Origin: a virus
Length of the DNA: 64,000 nucleotides
Virus record (IMG/VR): IMGVR_UViG_3300009512_000010
Coordinates: 95,935-159,934 of that record
Direction: 5' to 3' (one strand)
The notes under the pieces are model-generated. The model saw only the letters and a list, made by a program, of their open reading frames with translations. It was not told the DNA's origin and searched no databases. Shown here in pieces: positions 1 to 9,719 of the stretch (position 1 is the first letter of the stretch; every line of letters starts with the position of its first letter). The translations under genes were made by a program, and so were the position numbers.

Positions 1-1209
1 AACCATGCCGTAGCGTGTTTTGAAACCGATTTTTGGTTGGAAGTTATCTTCACCAACAGCCCGCATCATTGTAAGCGGTACGTATGGGCAATAGAATACA
101 CCAGCATCGTATGGGTTTGTGCCTTTATAGCCTACAGTTACGTAGTCTACTGTTGCATATGGATCGATGTACACTTTTGTACGTCCGTTAAGAACACCAG
201 CAAACAAGTTACCTGTGTCATCTACGTTCAAGTTAGCCGCAATAGCTGGAGCGTAATCCAACATGCCAGCCGCCGCTAGTGCAGAAGCAACATCAGAAGA
301 ACACATAACTACGTTACCTTTTCCTCTACGTGTTTCTTTAGCAATTGCGTTTGCTTCACGTTCGATTTGTACCATCAAACCTTTAAACTTCTCAGCAGAC
401 CAACGACCATCAGCATCTGTGCTCATGTTGAAGATACCACGTACTGCAACGTTAGACTGTTGTGCACCTGATTTAGCTTGTGAGTTGATTGTACGGATTA
501 CTTCACGGTTCATTTCGCTCAAGATTTCAGTTGACAAGATGTTTGCCAATTCTGTTTCAGCATCCAAACCATGGATTGCTTTCAAGTCTTGTGCTAGTTC
601 TAGTGAGTACTCAGCTTTCAAAGCACGTGATTTTGCAGTCACTGTTGCTTTTTCGATTGAGAAGCCCATTTCAGCAAAAGCGTTACCAGCGGCATCGCCA
701 AGTGCTTCAGCAGAGTCTGTATCCATTCCGCCACCTGCAAGTGCAGTCAAACGGTCTGAGTCAATTGTTTTCACATCGTTTGCGTTTGCAACGTCAAGAC
801 CTGATGGGCTTGATGGTTGTGCGGCAGAGTTCTGTGTACCTGAGAAGCGTGTATCTGCTTCGTTGAACAAAGCTTCTGTACCACCTTGTGATGTGTACTT
901 TGACTTCATTGCGAAGATCAAGCCTGTTGGACCTGACATTGGCTGAACACCAGCAAGGTCATATGCCAACATGTTTGGAGCGGCACGACGAACTAGTGAG
1001 ATCAAGATTGGATCCCAGTTTGCTACGTTTGAGCCTGTTGCGTTAGTCGGTGCGGCTTCAGTCAACTGACGCTCTTCAAGAAGAGCCTTTTCAGTGTTTT
1101 CCAAAAGAGCGGCAGTTACCGAGCGTTTGTGTGAGTCTGTAATGGAACCAGCAGTTTCTTCGTTAAGAACTGGTGACCATTTTTCGACTAGGTTGTCGTA
1201 TGTATTCAT
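1..1209 (-). CDS. gp23: Major capsid protein (T4 gp23-like), 3' end runs off the window
   Basis: Absent from the ORF track because it has no stop in the window. Manual translation from ATG at 1209 gives MNTYDNLVEKWSPVL...LISLVRRAAPNMLAYDLAGVQPMSGPTGLIFAMKSKY...GEDNFQPKIGFKTRYGMV, which are hallmark gp23 motifs. It follows gp22. Confidence 0.97.
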   Translation of the reverse strand, partial: MNTYDNLVEKWSPVLNEETAGSITDSHKRSVTAALLENTEKALLEERQLTEAAPTNATGSNVANWDPILISLVRRAAPNMLAYDLAGVQPMSGPTGLIFAMKSKYTSQGGTEALFNEADTRFSGTQNSAAQPSSPSGLDVANANDVKTIDSDRLTALAGGGMDTDSAEALGDAAGNAFAEMGFSIEKATVTAKSRALKAEYSLELAQDLKAIHGLDAETELANILSTEILSEMNREVIRTINSQAKSGAQQSNVAVRGIFNMSTDADGRWSAEKFKGLMVQIEREANAIAKETRRGKGNVVMCSSDVASALAAAGMLDYAPAIAANLNVDDTGNLFAGVLNGRTKVYIDPYATVDYVTVGYKGTNPYDAGVFYCPYVPLTMMRAVGEDNFQPKIGFKTRYGMV

Positions 1210-1224
1210 TGGAATAATTCCCTT

Positions 1225-2238
1225 TTACTTTTGAGATTTTCTGATTGCAGAAAGGTAGGTTTGCATCACGTCTGAAGTTGCTTCGGAGATTGCATCAGAT
1301 GCATCGTCTACAGTTTCTTCTGCGATAGTGGATTCAATTGCTTCTGGTTTGAAATTTGCTTCCTTCACGATTGCAACTTTTTCTGCAAACGATTCAGCAT
1401 CATGGAATTCAAAACCTTCAACTAATTTGGTTAGTTTTTCAACTTGGGTATCTGCCAAACCTTTAGATGCTTCAGCAATAACTGCTTCACGTCTAAATGT
1501 GTCTAGCTCTACAGACAATGACATTGCTTCTTCAGTGCGCTCGTTAATTGCTGTTTCCAGTTCTTTAACTTGCTCAGATAGATCGTCAACTAGGTCGAGT
1601 TTCTCATCTGGTACTGCAATGTAAGATTCGGTGAATACGTCTTTCAACTTCTCCATGAATCCTTCTGCGATTTCTGTGCGAAGTCCTGATTGAATGGCAA
1701 CTTTGTTGTCCTCAACCCATGACTCAACTACATAGTTTAGGTAGCTATCAACTTGTTCAGCCAATTCAGCTTTCTGTGTAGAAAGTTCTTCAGCTAATTC
1801 AGTTGCATAAGTTTCTTCCAGACGATCAATTTCCTCTGTAAGCTTGGCTTTAATAGCAGATTCAAAGATAATGCTGGTTTTAGTCTTGAACTCTTCGGAA
1901 AGAGTTGCTTCAGACTCAACTAATGCATCAAGCTCGTTAGTATAGTTGAATTCTACTGCACTAGCTTCTGCTACTGCGGTTCCTTCAGCGTCTACTTCTT
2001 CGCCCATCATTTTACTGTAAGACGCTTGAAGATCTGTTTTCTTCATCTTCGAAATCTTACCGTACATTGCATTAATCATTCCAGCTTTGGTCTTTGGTGC
2101 CGCCGCCTGTGTTGTTGCTTTTGCGGCTTTATCGACAGAGTCGACAGAGTTCGCTTCAGCGTTTTTTGGATCATGAGCTTCTTCCACAACGTTCTCGTCA
2201 TGGAGTTCTGCATCGATGATCTGAGTTTCTTCAGACAT
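1225..2238 (-). CDS. gp22: Prohead core scaffold protein (gp22-like)
   Basis: Acidic coiled coil with LSEEFKTKTSIIFESAI and VDSYLNYVVESW motifs; lies between gp21 and gp23. Confidence 0.92.
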   Translation of the reverse strand: MSEETQIIDAELHDENVVEEAHDPKNAEANSVDSVDKAAKATTQAAAPKTKAGMINAMYGKISKMKKTDLQASYSKMMGEEVDAEGTAVAEASAVEFNYTNELDALVESEATLSEEFKTKTSIIFESAIKAKLTEEIDRLEETYATELAEELSTQKAELAEQVDSYLNYVVESWVEDNKVAIQSGLRTEIAEGFMEKLKDVFTESYIAVPDEKLDLVDDLSEQVKELETAINERTEEAMSLSVELDTFRREAVIAEASKGLADTQVEKLTKLVEGFEFHDAESFAEKVAIVKEANFKPEAIESTIAEETVDDASDAISEATSDVMQTYLSAIRKSQK

Positions 2239-2249
2239 GCTGTACTCCT

Positions 2250-2912
2250 TTACATGCTTTTTGTTTTGAGTAACGAGAGGAAATTCTTAAACTCACGTGT
2301 TTGAGCCTCATAGAGGTCAGCACGTGGAGCCTTCTTAATCTCAGTCTCCATTCTTTCAATTTCTCTTGCTTCGATTACGCCGTTATTCCAAACCCAGTCC
2401 ACACCTTCCATTATTCCATTTACGAAAGCTTGCGGGGCGGATGGATCTTGTACAATATCAACTGTATTTAGAATGAAATCGTCTTTGACCATTGTTACGC
2501 CGTTTCTCTGTTCGAGACTACCCATACCACGAGTTGACACACCTAGTTGAACACCACCATCCAGCAGACCTTTTACAATCTTACCCATAGGTGTATCCAA
2601 TATTTGCGCCTTACCCATCACATTATCACCAGCCCATTCGAGCTTGGTGATTAGATGGGATACCTTGTCTAAGTTAACAGTTGGACCTTCGGGGTGATTT
2701 AACTCACCAACTGCTCTCTTAGTCATTACTTGATCCGTAACGTATTTATCTACTGCCTTCTCCATTATGGCTTTAGGGTAGATACGCCCATTACGGTTTT
2801 TTGATTCAGCCATTGCAAAGATACCTTCGATAACATACGATTTCTCGCCTTTATCGTTAGCCTCGACTATGCATTGCACATCGGTCTCAGTATACTCTGT
2901 AATTAGCTTCAT
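2250..2912 (-). CDS. gp21: Prohead core protease (gp21-like)
   Basis: MKLITE, KNRNGRIYPK, GELNHP, GVSTRGMGSL, DIVQDPSAP motifs. Confidence 0.96.
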   Translation of the reverse strand: MKLITEYTETDVQCIVEANDKGEKSYVIEGIFAMAESKNRNGRIYPKAIMEKAVDKYVTDQVMTKRAVGELNHPEGPTVNLDKVSHLITKLEWAGDNVMGKAQILDTPMGKIVKGLLDGGVQLGVSTRGMGSLEQRNGVTMVKDDFILNTVDIVQDPSAPQAFVNGIMEGVDWVWNNGVIEAREIERMETEIKKAPRADLYEAQTREFKNFLSLLKTKSM

Positions 2913-2932
2913 GTTCTTGTGTCCTAATGTTC

Positions 2933-2987
2933 TATTTATACTATTTATACATTTTAGAACTTGTAGTTATATATAACTTTATTTATA
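2933..2987 (-). promoter_or_regulatory. Three T4-type late promoters (TATAAATA) upstream of gp21
   Basis: tatttata on the + strand at 2933-2940, 2942-2949 and 2980-2987. Confidence 0.8.
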
Positions 2988-3375
2988 ACCAAATTCTTTG
3001 TGGGGCAGAAGGTGTCACGCCATGTGACGTGTCCAATGCTTCCACTGCTTCTCTAACTTCATCACCCACTAAACGGATATTCACGTGCCAACCATCTAAG
3101 GCTTGTATCTCAGGATACTCCATGTCATTATCATCTGTCAGTGTATTGCCTGTAGGTTCGCTTAGTGTTCCCACAACATCAATAGCATAGTTAGATGTGT
3201 TTGACACTAGGTAAGGATCGCCTACGTTTGTAGTGGTCTCCTCGCCTGTATCCTCGTTTACTGTAGTTTCAGTGTCTTGTGTATAGAAGTCTGATAATAC
3301 TGTAGTCATTGCGGCTTCGTTAGCTAACTTTAAATAAAAGTCAATCTTTATTGTTTCTAATTCTTCAATGCTCAT
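2983..3375 (-). CDS. Small acidic fibre-associated protein
   Basis: 130 aa with AIDVVGT...GWHVNIR...P.RIW, a type of small gene often found after phage fibre genes; coupled to the upstream fibre gene. Confidence 0.5.
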   Translation of the reverse strand: MSIEELETIKIDFYLKLANEAAMTTVLSDFYTQDTETTVNEDTGEETTTNVGDPYLVSNTSNYAIDVVGTLSEPTGNTLTDDNDMEYPEIQALDGWHVNIRLVGDEVREAVEALDTSHGVTPSAPQRIWL

Positions 3376-4982
3376 GTTGTTAGCTCCTGTAGCTGTGTGT
3401 CTGATAATCTACGTGGGTAGTATTTGACTGACTTGATGTGTCCTAGTTGATCGCCAGCAAGTTGATAGTCTACGTCAGTATAGCCGGCTACTGTGGCAGT
3501 ATGTATGGTGGTATTAGAAAGAACCGAGTTTTGACCAATCGAACCACCATCTACACAAACAGATATATACTCGCCATTTTTAACCACAACCGCAATTTTA
3601 GATGTTTGGTTAGCTGTTATAGGGAAATTGGGACTAGAGGCACTATTCATAAACTGAGCAGTCATGGTACCCGAATATGTTGACCAAATGCTGAAATCAT
3701 AACCAGCCCCATATCTAGTTAGTAGCACCTGATTAGTATCAACAGATGGAAATGTTGGGGTAAACTCAACTACCCAAGTAGAAGCCTCGTTGTTATGTCC
3801 AAAACTTGACCTTGGGATGATAGCATCATCTGCCGCCCTAGTAACGGTGACACTAAATCCTGTTGGGATGTAGGACGAAGGGAAAGCGCCAGCTTCGAAT
3901 TGTGCGCCCCATAAGAACACACTATCTCCAATCGCATTAGTGACATTACTCCAAGGGTCGCCATTGCCCTCTGTTGGCTTTGGAGAGAACAACACACGAT
4001 TCCAGCCAGTAGTTATGCCCCATGCTTGGCAAAGATACCAACCATTAGGGTAAGCGGTTATTTTGGTGTGACCAATAGTAGTGGACTTGTTCCCTGTAAC
4101 GCCATTTGCAAGGTCAAAGTACGCCCAGCAATCCCCAGCTTGTCCGAAACCAAGCCAATCAACTGTGTCAGCTTTAGCGAAGACACTAACGCAACCACCA
4201 GTAGGCACATCTTCATTTGTAAAAGCTCCATTGTTTGCGGACGCATTCTTAGCGGCAATTCTGTCGGCTGTTAAATTGCCATCAGGTGCAACTGCTACAT
4301 TACCTGTTGTTGTTACTGCATTATATGCCTTCCAGTACGAATTCGTGAAATCCTCAGAATACCTCGCAATGTTAGTCCGAGCTTCCTCAATCAGTAAACC
4401 TTTGACTGCACCAGTAGCATCGTACTCAATGCGAGGGATGTTATTTGCATGGTTCCAAAGTTGAAGTGTGCCATCAGCTTGATCGAAGAGGACTTCTTCA
4501 ATGGATACGTTGTCAATAAACTTGTCAAAGCTATTAGAGATTACGTTATCAAAGGCCATATAGCCGTTTGCTGTTGGAGATATAAGAAGCTCGTTTGAGC
4601 CAGTGTTTATATAGCTTCCATTGTAGATAAATGTACCTGTTCCGTTATCATTACCCCAAATCCGAAGTTTCATGCTTGTGTTCACTGGAGTACCAACAGA
4701 TGTTGAAGCATCAAATCTAACTCTATATGTTTTTCCTACCTTTACATAAGCTTTAGTAGATGAAAGGCTTTGGTTAGGTTCACTATTAGCCAGAAGTGCC
4801 GCTTTGCCATTGCTGTAAGTCCAACTACTCTCAGCGTTCCAACCAGATAAATCAGTATCAAACGTGCCATTCGTAACCAAATTGTTGCCATAGCTAATCT
4901 TGCGTAGTGCTGTACCCCCACTTGCACGGGAGAATGTAAGTATATCAGTTGCACTGTCGTATTGTTTAGTACCCATGATCAT
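3372..4982 (-). CDS. Virion fibre/spike-like protein with carbohydrate-binding/LamG-like domains
   Basis: TFSRAS, NLVTNGTFDTD, PRIEYD...GLLIEEARTN, WGAQFE...SSYIPT...VTRAAD and C-terminal YYPRRLSD.QLQELT; beta-rich and G/S/T/N-rich. Confidence 0.6.
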   Translation of the reverse strand: MIMGTKQYDSATDILTFSRASGGTALRKISYGNNLVTNGTFDTDLSGWNAESSWTYSNGKAALLANSEPNQSLSSTKAYVKVGKTYRVRFDASTSVGTPVNTSMKLRIWGNDNGTGTFIYNGSYINTGSNELLISPTANGYMAFDNVISNSFDKFIDNVSIEEVLFDQADGTLQLWNHANNIPRIEYDATGAVKGLLIEEARTNIARYSEDFTNSYWKAYNAVTTTGNVAVAPDGNLTADRIAAKNASANNGAFTNEDVPTGGCVSVFAKADTVDWLGFGQAGDCWAYFDLANGVTGNKSTTIGHTKITAYPNGWYLCQAWGITTGWNRVLFSPKPTEGNGDPWSNVTNAIGDSVFLWGAQFEAGAFPSSYIPTGFSVTVTRAADDAIIPRSSFGHNNEASTWVVEFTPTFPSVDTNQVLLTRYGAGYDFSIWSTYSGTMTAQFMNSASSPNFPITANQTSKIAVVVKNGEYISVCVDGGSIGQNSVLSNTTIHTATVAGYTDVDYQLAGDQLGHIKSVKYYPRRLSDTQLQELTT

Positions 4983-7498
4983 TCACTCCAATCTAGTACG
5001 GTAAAGCTGGTTTCACTGCCGTCGAAGGTCAGGCTCAGAGATGGTTCAGTTGATGGTAGAGTTGCTTCAACTATACCTGCGTCTGTTAAGTCTTCATTCC
5101 ACACTCTGAATTGAGCTATTGTACCCATGAAGTCATAGCCTAAGTTTAGGTCTGTGGTTGACAGATCAGGTAAAGCTACAGGTGTTGTGTTGGCTGTTAG
5201 TGCTGTACCATCGGTAGCTCCGTTGATAAACGTAGAGCCTTGGCGAGAACTCAGGTTAAACGGAACAAGAATGCCTTCATTGTATACAACTCCAGTAGCA
5301 ATAGTGTCATTAACACCACCCGCAACCTGTTGAAACAAAACTCTAAGACCATCGCCTGTATTAGTCCCACCTACTATTGAGATATTGTCACTACCATTTG
5401 CTCTCCAACGCATAAATTGGTGAGCACTAAACTCATCCTGATCAGCATAAGTTATCTTACCGTCCATCTGTATTGACACAGAGAGAGGGTTGATTTCTTT
5501 TACTGAGATGTTGTCGAAAGCTGATACGTTACCTCCATTACCCATTACGATTGCGGAAATATAAGACGTTGTTGCTGTTGCCTTAAAAGTAAGACCTAAC
5601 GGCGCATCAGTGGCAGTATAGTTTATGATACCACCCTTAATCGTACCGCCACCACTATTTGTAAGGTAAAGTGTCGCCCCTGGTCCACCATTACCAGATA
5701 TGGCTCGACCAACGCCACTGACCTGATAAAACCTTCCAACGATAGTGGGAACACCTGTTACAACTCTACCATTGGCTGGCCCAGCAGTGAGATGCATTTC
5801 ACCACTAACAGCGGCAGAGGTTGCGGAGGAGCTACCAGCCACCCAACCAGATACATCCGTATCAAATGTACCATTAGTAACCAACTCAGTGCCTGTAGTC
5901 TCAACAGGAGTAGGATAAGTCAGGTTAGCGGCAGGGACTGTTAGTGTCTCAGCCGCCCTAGTAACGGCGACATTATCTGCCGAGATGTAGCTTGATGGGG
6001 TTGCGCCTTCTTCCATTTGTGCGCCATAAACAAAGATAGTACCAGCCTGTGTTGCTAAAATTCTAGCTCTAACTTGGTCAGGTGTTCCCGAAGCGAGAGT
6101 CGACGTAACGGTAAACCGTTGCCATTCATTAGTAAGGGTATGAGTTACTGCGGTGTAACCAAGTCCACCACCACTAAATAGCAGAACAGTGCTTACTTCA
6201 CTAGCAGTCCCTGCCTTTATCCAGACAGAGAACGTATAGGTCTGACCAACACTAGGAACATGACCAGATATCTTTCTAGTGTAGCCATTAGAAGCCATGT
6301 CAAACTTTGTAGCATTTGTTGTGCCATCAGGGGAAATTGCAGAGTTTGGGGTAACAGTGATGTTTGATGGAAGCCATTTAAGATATGCCACATTACCAAA
6401 GTCGTTAGAGTATGTGCATATGTTAGTCCGAGCTTCACTCTCGTGGAGGATGCCTTCGTTAACCCAAGCATCACCATTGTAGATGTGATGACCACGACGA
6501 GAAAGGTAGGCAGGAGTAGTTGTCGTTGGAACGTAGCTGTCACCACGGTCAGGGTTGTTTACCATGCCACCGAGGTCACTGCGGAATGTGTGTGCGCCCC
6601 AGACATAGATGCCCGAAGTTCCATCTCCTACAAGTGCAGGGCTTGGGTTAACAGGATTACCAGACTGGTTAAAAGGCATGATAGCCGCCCAAGGAGATGA
6701 GCCTGTCTGTGTTGTAATATCAACAGCGCACAAATACCATCCGTCTCCAACAGAAGTAATAGTGGGATTACCAACATAACCAACAGTACCGTATTGTACC
6801 CCACCAGCGAGTGTTCCTGATGTTAAGTTGAAAGTAGCAACTGACCAGTAACCTGAACCATTTGTAACAGCTAATGCAACATGGTCCCATTCTGCGGCTT
6901 TAGCATAAACAGCTATTGTTCTTCCCGCTACTGCCACACTCTGTTGAGACCTACCCCTTGTATCTCCAGAACCTTCGATTATCTTATCGGCAGTTAATGT
7001 ACCATCTGGTGCAGTAGTAGCGTTTGCAACAGATGTTAAGTTCGTTACCCAATTTGAATTAGTGAAGTCTTGACTATAGGTCATCAAGTTATGCGGACGC
7101 CACTTCAGCAAGCCATCACTGTCTGTCATGGTCGCATTAGAGGAAGCTGAGTGAGTTATAGATGCATCAAAGGTACTAGCAGTGCCATTCGTGTCAAAGA
7201 CACTCTCCTTGAAGTCGAGAATGAGCTTTGGTTCAAGAGCAAGTACTCCATACGAAGACACCGACGATCTCAAATCCCAATAGGATTTACTGATCTCGCC
7301 ATGAACATGGGGATCATTAGGATCAGCTTCATTACTTCCTACTCTGTGACAGCGCACATAGGTTGATTGACCGTGCTCAGTTCTTATACCATTTTCTGAT
7401 TTCTGCCATAGCGCACGTAGGGGGTGCCCGACACCTGGATCAGGAGGGGATTGGTCGTACTGATACTGAGAGTTTCCTGGTATATGCCTAAATGCCAT
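4979..7498 (-). CDS. Virion fibre/spike-like protein, paralogous in part to 3372..4982
   Basis: GILHESEARTN, YGAQMEEG.TPSSYI...VTRAAE and ELVTNGTFDTD modules are shared with the neighbour; it has a distinct ~78-aa N-terminal domain. Confidence 0.6.
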   Translation of the reverse strand: MAFRHIPGNSQYQYDQSPPDPGVGHPLRALWQKSENGIRTEHGQSTYVRCHRVGSNEADPNDPHVHGEISKSYWDLRSSVSSYGVLALEPKLILDFKESVFDTNGTASTFDASITHSASSNATMTDSDGLLKWRPHNLMTYSQDFTNSNWVTNLTSVANATTAPDGTLTADKIIEGSGDTRGRSQQSVAVAGRTIAVYAKAAEWDHVALAVTNGSGYWSVATFNLTSGTLAGGVQYGTVGYVGNPTITSVGDGWYLCAVDITTQTGSSPWAAIMPFNQSGNPVNPSPALVGDGTSGIYVWGAHTFRSDLGGMVNNPDRGDSYVPTTTTPAYLSRRGHHIYNGDAWVNEGILHESEARTNICTYSNDFGNVAYLKWLPSNITVTPNSAISPDGTTNATKFDMASNGYTRKISGHVPSVGQTYTFSVWIKAGTASEVSTVLLFSGGGLGYTAVTHTLTNEWQRFTVTSTLASGTPDQVRARILATQAGTIFVYGAQMEEGATPSSYISADNVAVTRAAETLTVPAANLTYPTPVETTGTELVTNGTFDTDVSGWVAGSSSATSAAVSGEMHLTAGPANGRVVTGVPTIVGRFYQVSGVGRAISGNGGPGATLYLTNSGGGTIKGGIINYTATDAPLGLTFKATATTSYISAIVMGNGGNVSAFDNISVKEINPLSVSIQMDGKITYADQDEFSAHQFMRWRANGSDNISIVGGTNTGDGLRVLFQQVAGGVNDTIATGVVYNEGILVPFNLSSRQGSTFINGATDGTALTANTTPVALPDLSTTDLNLGYDFMGTIAQFRVWNEDLTDAGIVEATLPSTEPSLSLTFDGSETSFTVLDWSE

Positions 7499-7500
7499 TG

Positions 7501-7713
7501 TTAAGCCTTATATTGCTTGACGAATTCCGCCCCAGCCTTTTTTGCTGTGTTTAAGTCACGGAATGTGTCCAACTTGTCGTTGTCAACGTAGGTAACAAAC
7601 TTGTTTTTTATCTTGTGAACCATTACACTAATACCAGAAATTTTGGTATCGAAGACATGTTCGCCCGGAGGCATCTTCTTTTTAGCTTCACGTATCTCTG
7701 AGAACTTCTTCAT
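7501..7713 (-). CDS. Small basic head-cluster protein (possible internal head/prohead core protein)
   Basis: 70 aa; N-terminus MKKFSEIRE resembles T4-type capsid-targeting leaders; sits behind a late promoter in the gp68 position. Confidence 0.55.
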   Translation of the reverse strand: MKKFSEIREAKKKMPPGEHVFDTKISGISVMVHKIKNKFVTYVDNDKLDTFRDLNTAKKAGAEFVKQYKA

Positions 7714-7738
7714 TGATGTTACCTTTTGTTTCAGCTAT

Positions 7739-7746
7739 TATTTATA
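7739..7746 (-). promoter_or_regulatory. T4-type late promoter TATAAATA
   Basis: tatttata on + at 7739-7746, upstream of 7501..7713. Confidence 0.75.
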
Positions 7747-7762
7747 ACAATTAGCCTTGCTA

Positions 7763-7996
7763 TTATGCGGCAGTTTCTTCTACTTCTGGTACATCAATTT
7801 CGACCTCAGTAGCGTCATTATCAACTACAGCATCTTCACCACCATTGTGGATGATATTAGCAACCGCAATCTTCTCAGCATCTAATGCGTCACCAATCTT
7901 TGCGGTCATCATATCTTGGAACGTTGGTTCCGCTTTCGCAAAGTCTTTGACTGCTACTTGATCAATGAAGTTTGTTAGTGTATCGTTCATTTCCAT
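7763..7996 (-). CDS. Prohead core protein (gp67-like)
   Basis: 77-aa acidic protein immediately downstream of the portal gene, the gp67 position. Confidence 0.65.
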   Translation of the reverse strand: MEMNDTLTNFIDQVAVKDFAKAEPTFQDMMTAKIGDALDAEKIAVANIIHNGGEDAVVDNDATEVEIDVPEVEETAA

Positions 7997-9654
7997 TATT
8001 TATCATCTTTCTTTTGTTTAGGATCCTTGGGATCTTTCTTAGGCTTGTCAGTGTCTACCCTTGGTTTCTCTTCGGGTTCGTCTGGCACTACCTTGACTTC
8101 AACTGGTGCAGGTTTGGGTTCGTTATACTCTTCATCCCCACCTTCATCTGGCATAGTCTCGCCATCAGCTTCTTCCTGCTTCATTTGTTTCTTCATCTCT
8201 TCCATCTCTTCATCAGATAGGTTCAAGACGTTCTTAAATACCCATTCCTTAGAATAGAACTCGCCAACGTACTGTTGTGTCATATCTAGGGTCTGTAGTC
8301 TTTCTCTGACCAATTCTGCATTGCGAAGTTCTGCAAAATGGTTATCAGACACATAGTCAACAACCATCTCGTTACGCCATGCTTCCCAATCTTCATTAGT
8401 AATAGTTCCTTTCAGAACAAGTTGCTTTCTAAGGATCTCTAGGAATAGTCCAGAGAAGCGGCGACGAAGTCTATCGACGAACTTCTGAAATTTAAGTTCG
8501 TCACGGTTGATCTCTGTGGATCTACCTAATAGCCCACTCTGTTGCTCTCCCTCTAGTCTTGAGGCAGGGACATTCAATGATCTATATAGACGTTTCTGGA
8601 AGTAGATAATATCGTCAATCTGTCCAAGGTTCTCTCCACCCGGAAGTGTAGAGATTTCTGTACCACGACCACCTTCACGTCTTGGTAGCCAAAAGTCTTC
8701 CAACATAGACATGTGCTTGCGGTCATCTTTAAGCTTACCTGTATTAGCATCGTATACCAACTTATTGCGGTACTTAGTCATAATGCCCTTCATGTACTCT
8801 TCTGACTTACCACGTGGCATGTTGCCTACGTCAATGTAGAAGATCCTACGTTCTGGTGCACGTGCTAAACGATAGATGACCAAACTGTCTTCCATCATAC
8901 GCAATTGGTTAATTGGTTTTAGAGCTTTATGTAGATATGAAACAACCTTCTTACGGCTCTCATCTAATAGACCAGATGTCACATAACTCACACTGTCTGG
9001 TGTTAACTTAATACCGTTGACTGTTTCTCCAGGTTTATCCTGATAGATGAAGTGTTCGTCAACTTTCTCGACGATCTTTGCACCTGTTAGTGGATCTTTC
9101 TTAGTCCTTACTTCCTTAACCTTACGGATCTTGGTAGCATCGATAGCACGTACTTCTTGAATACCTGCTTTTAGATTTGATTCATTTACAACTAGGTGGT
9201 GATACATCCGCCCATCGATATAAAAGCGTCTGAAGATGTCATGTCCAAGATCGTTGAACTTAAGCATAACCAATACGTTATCAAACTCTAGTTGGATCTC
9301 TTTCTTAATTTTATCTGAAGCTTCGACATCATCAAGAACAAGCTTGACTGATAGTCCCTTATCCTCAATGGTAACTGCTTCGTTTACAATATCTTCGATA
9401 GCCGCATCGACTTCGGGATGCATAGCAACCCCACGATACTGCCTAATTAGTTCTACGTTGTCTTTGGATTCATCACCGTCTAGGTTTACATATTGACCGA
9501 AGTGAGAACCAGATGCAGTAACGTATCCTGCTCCATCATCATCCGTTGGTGGTACAATGGAATCAAGTTGATTCTTAGCCGCCGCTTTACGTGCGCCAGC
9601 TCTACGAATCTCGAAGCCGAATAATTTAATGCCTTGATTACTGTTGTCTGCCAT
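7996..9654 (-). CDS. gp20: Portal protein (gp20-like)
   Basis: KLFGFEI, HPEVDAAIEDIVNEA, YRLARAPERRIFYIDVGN, MLEDFWLPRREGGRGTEISTLPGG motifs. Confidence 0.98.
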   Translation of the reverse strand: MADNSNQGIKLFGFEIRRAGARKAAAKNQLDSIVPPTDDDGAGYVTASGSHFGQYVNLDGDESKDNVELIRQYRGVAMHPEVDAAIEDIVNEAVTIEDKGLSVKLVLDDVEASDKIKKEIQLEFDNVLVMLKFNDLGHDIFRRFYIDGRMYHHLVVNESNLKAGIQEVRAIDATKIRKVKEVRTKKDPLTGAKIVEKVDEHFIYQDKPGETVNGIKLTPDSVSYVTSGLLDESRKKVVSYLHKALKPINQLRMMEDSLVIYRLARAPERRIFYIDVGNMPRGKSEEYMKGIMTKYRNKLVYDANTGKLKDDRKHMSMLEDFWLPRREGGRGTEISTLPGGENLGQIDDIIYFQKRLYRSLNVPASRLEGEQQSGLLGRSTEINRDELKFQKFVDRLRRRFSGLFLEILRKQLVLKGTITNEDWEAWRNEMVVDYVSDNHFAELRNAELVRERLQTLDMTQQYVGEFYSKEWVFKNVLNLSDEEMEEMKKQMKQEEADGETMPDEGGDEEYNEPKPAPVEVKVVPDEPEEKPRVDTDKPKKDPKDPKQKKDDK

Positions 9655-9669
9655 AGTTTCTTTCCATTT

Positions 9670-9703
9670 AAAAGTAAGGTAGAGGAGTTTCCCCCTCTAC
9701 CTT
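9670..9703 (-). terminator. Probable intrinsic terminator/attenuator between gp19 and gp20
   Basis: The minus strand reads AAGGTAGAGGGG-GAAA-CTCCTCTACCTT (12-bp stem with one G-U pair, GNRA loop) followed by ACTTTT. Confidence 0.7.
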
Positions 9704-9705
9704 GT

Positions 9706-9713
9706 TATTTATA
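9706..9713 (-). promoter_or_regulatory. T4-type late promoter TATAAATA
   Basis: tatttata on + at 9706-9713, upstream of gp20. Confidence 0.7.
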
Positions 9714-9719
9714 CTACTA

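Noticed and set aside
263-946. 227-aa plus-strand ORF and other plus-strand ORFs in 1-1200
   Set aside because: They are antisense shadows of gp23, which the track missed because it lacks a stop in the window.
2941-2957. 17-nt sequence ctatttatacattttag repeated at 43204-43220
   Set aside because: It is explained as extended late-promoter context; it is too short and AT-rich to call an att site or mobile element end.
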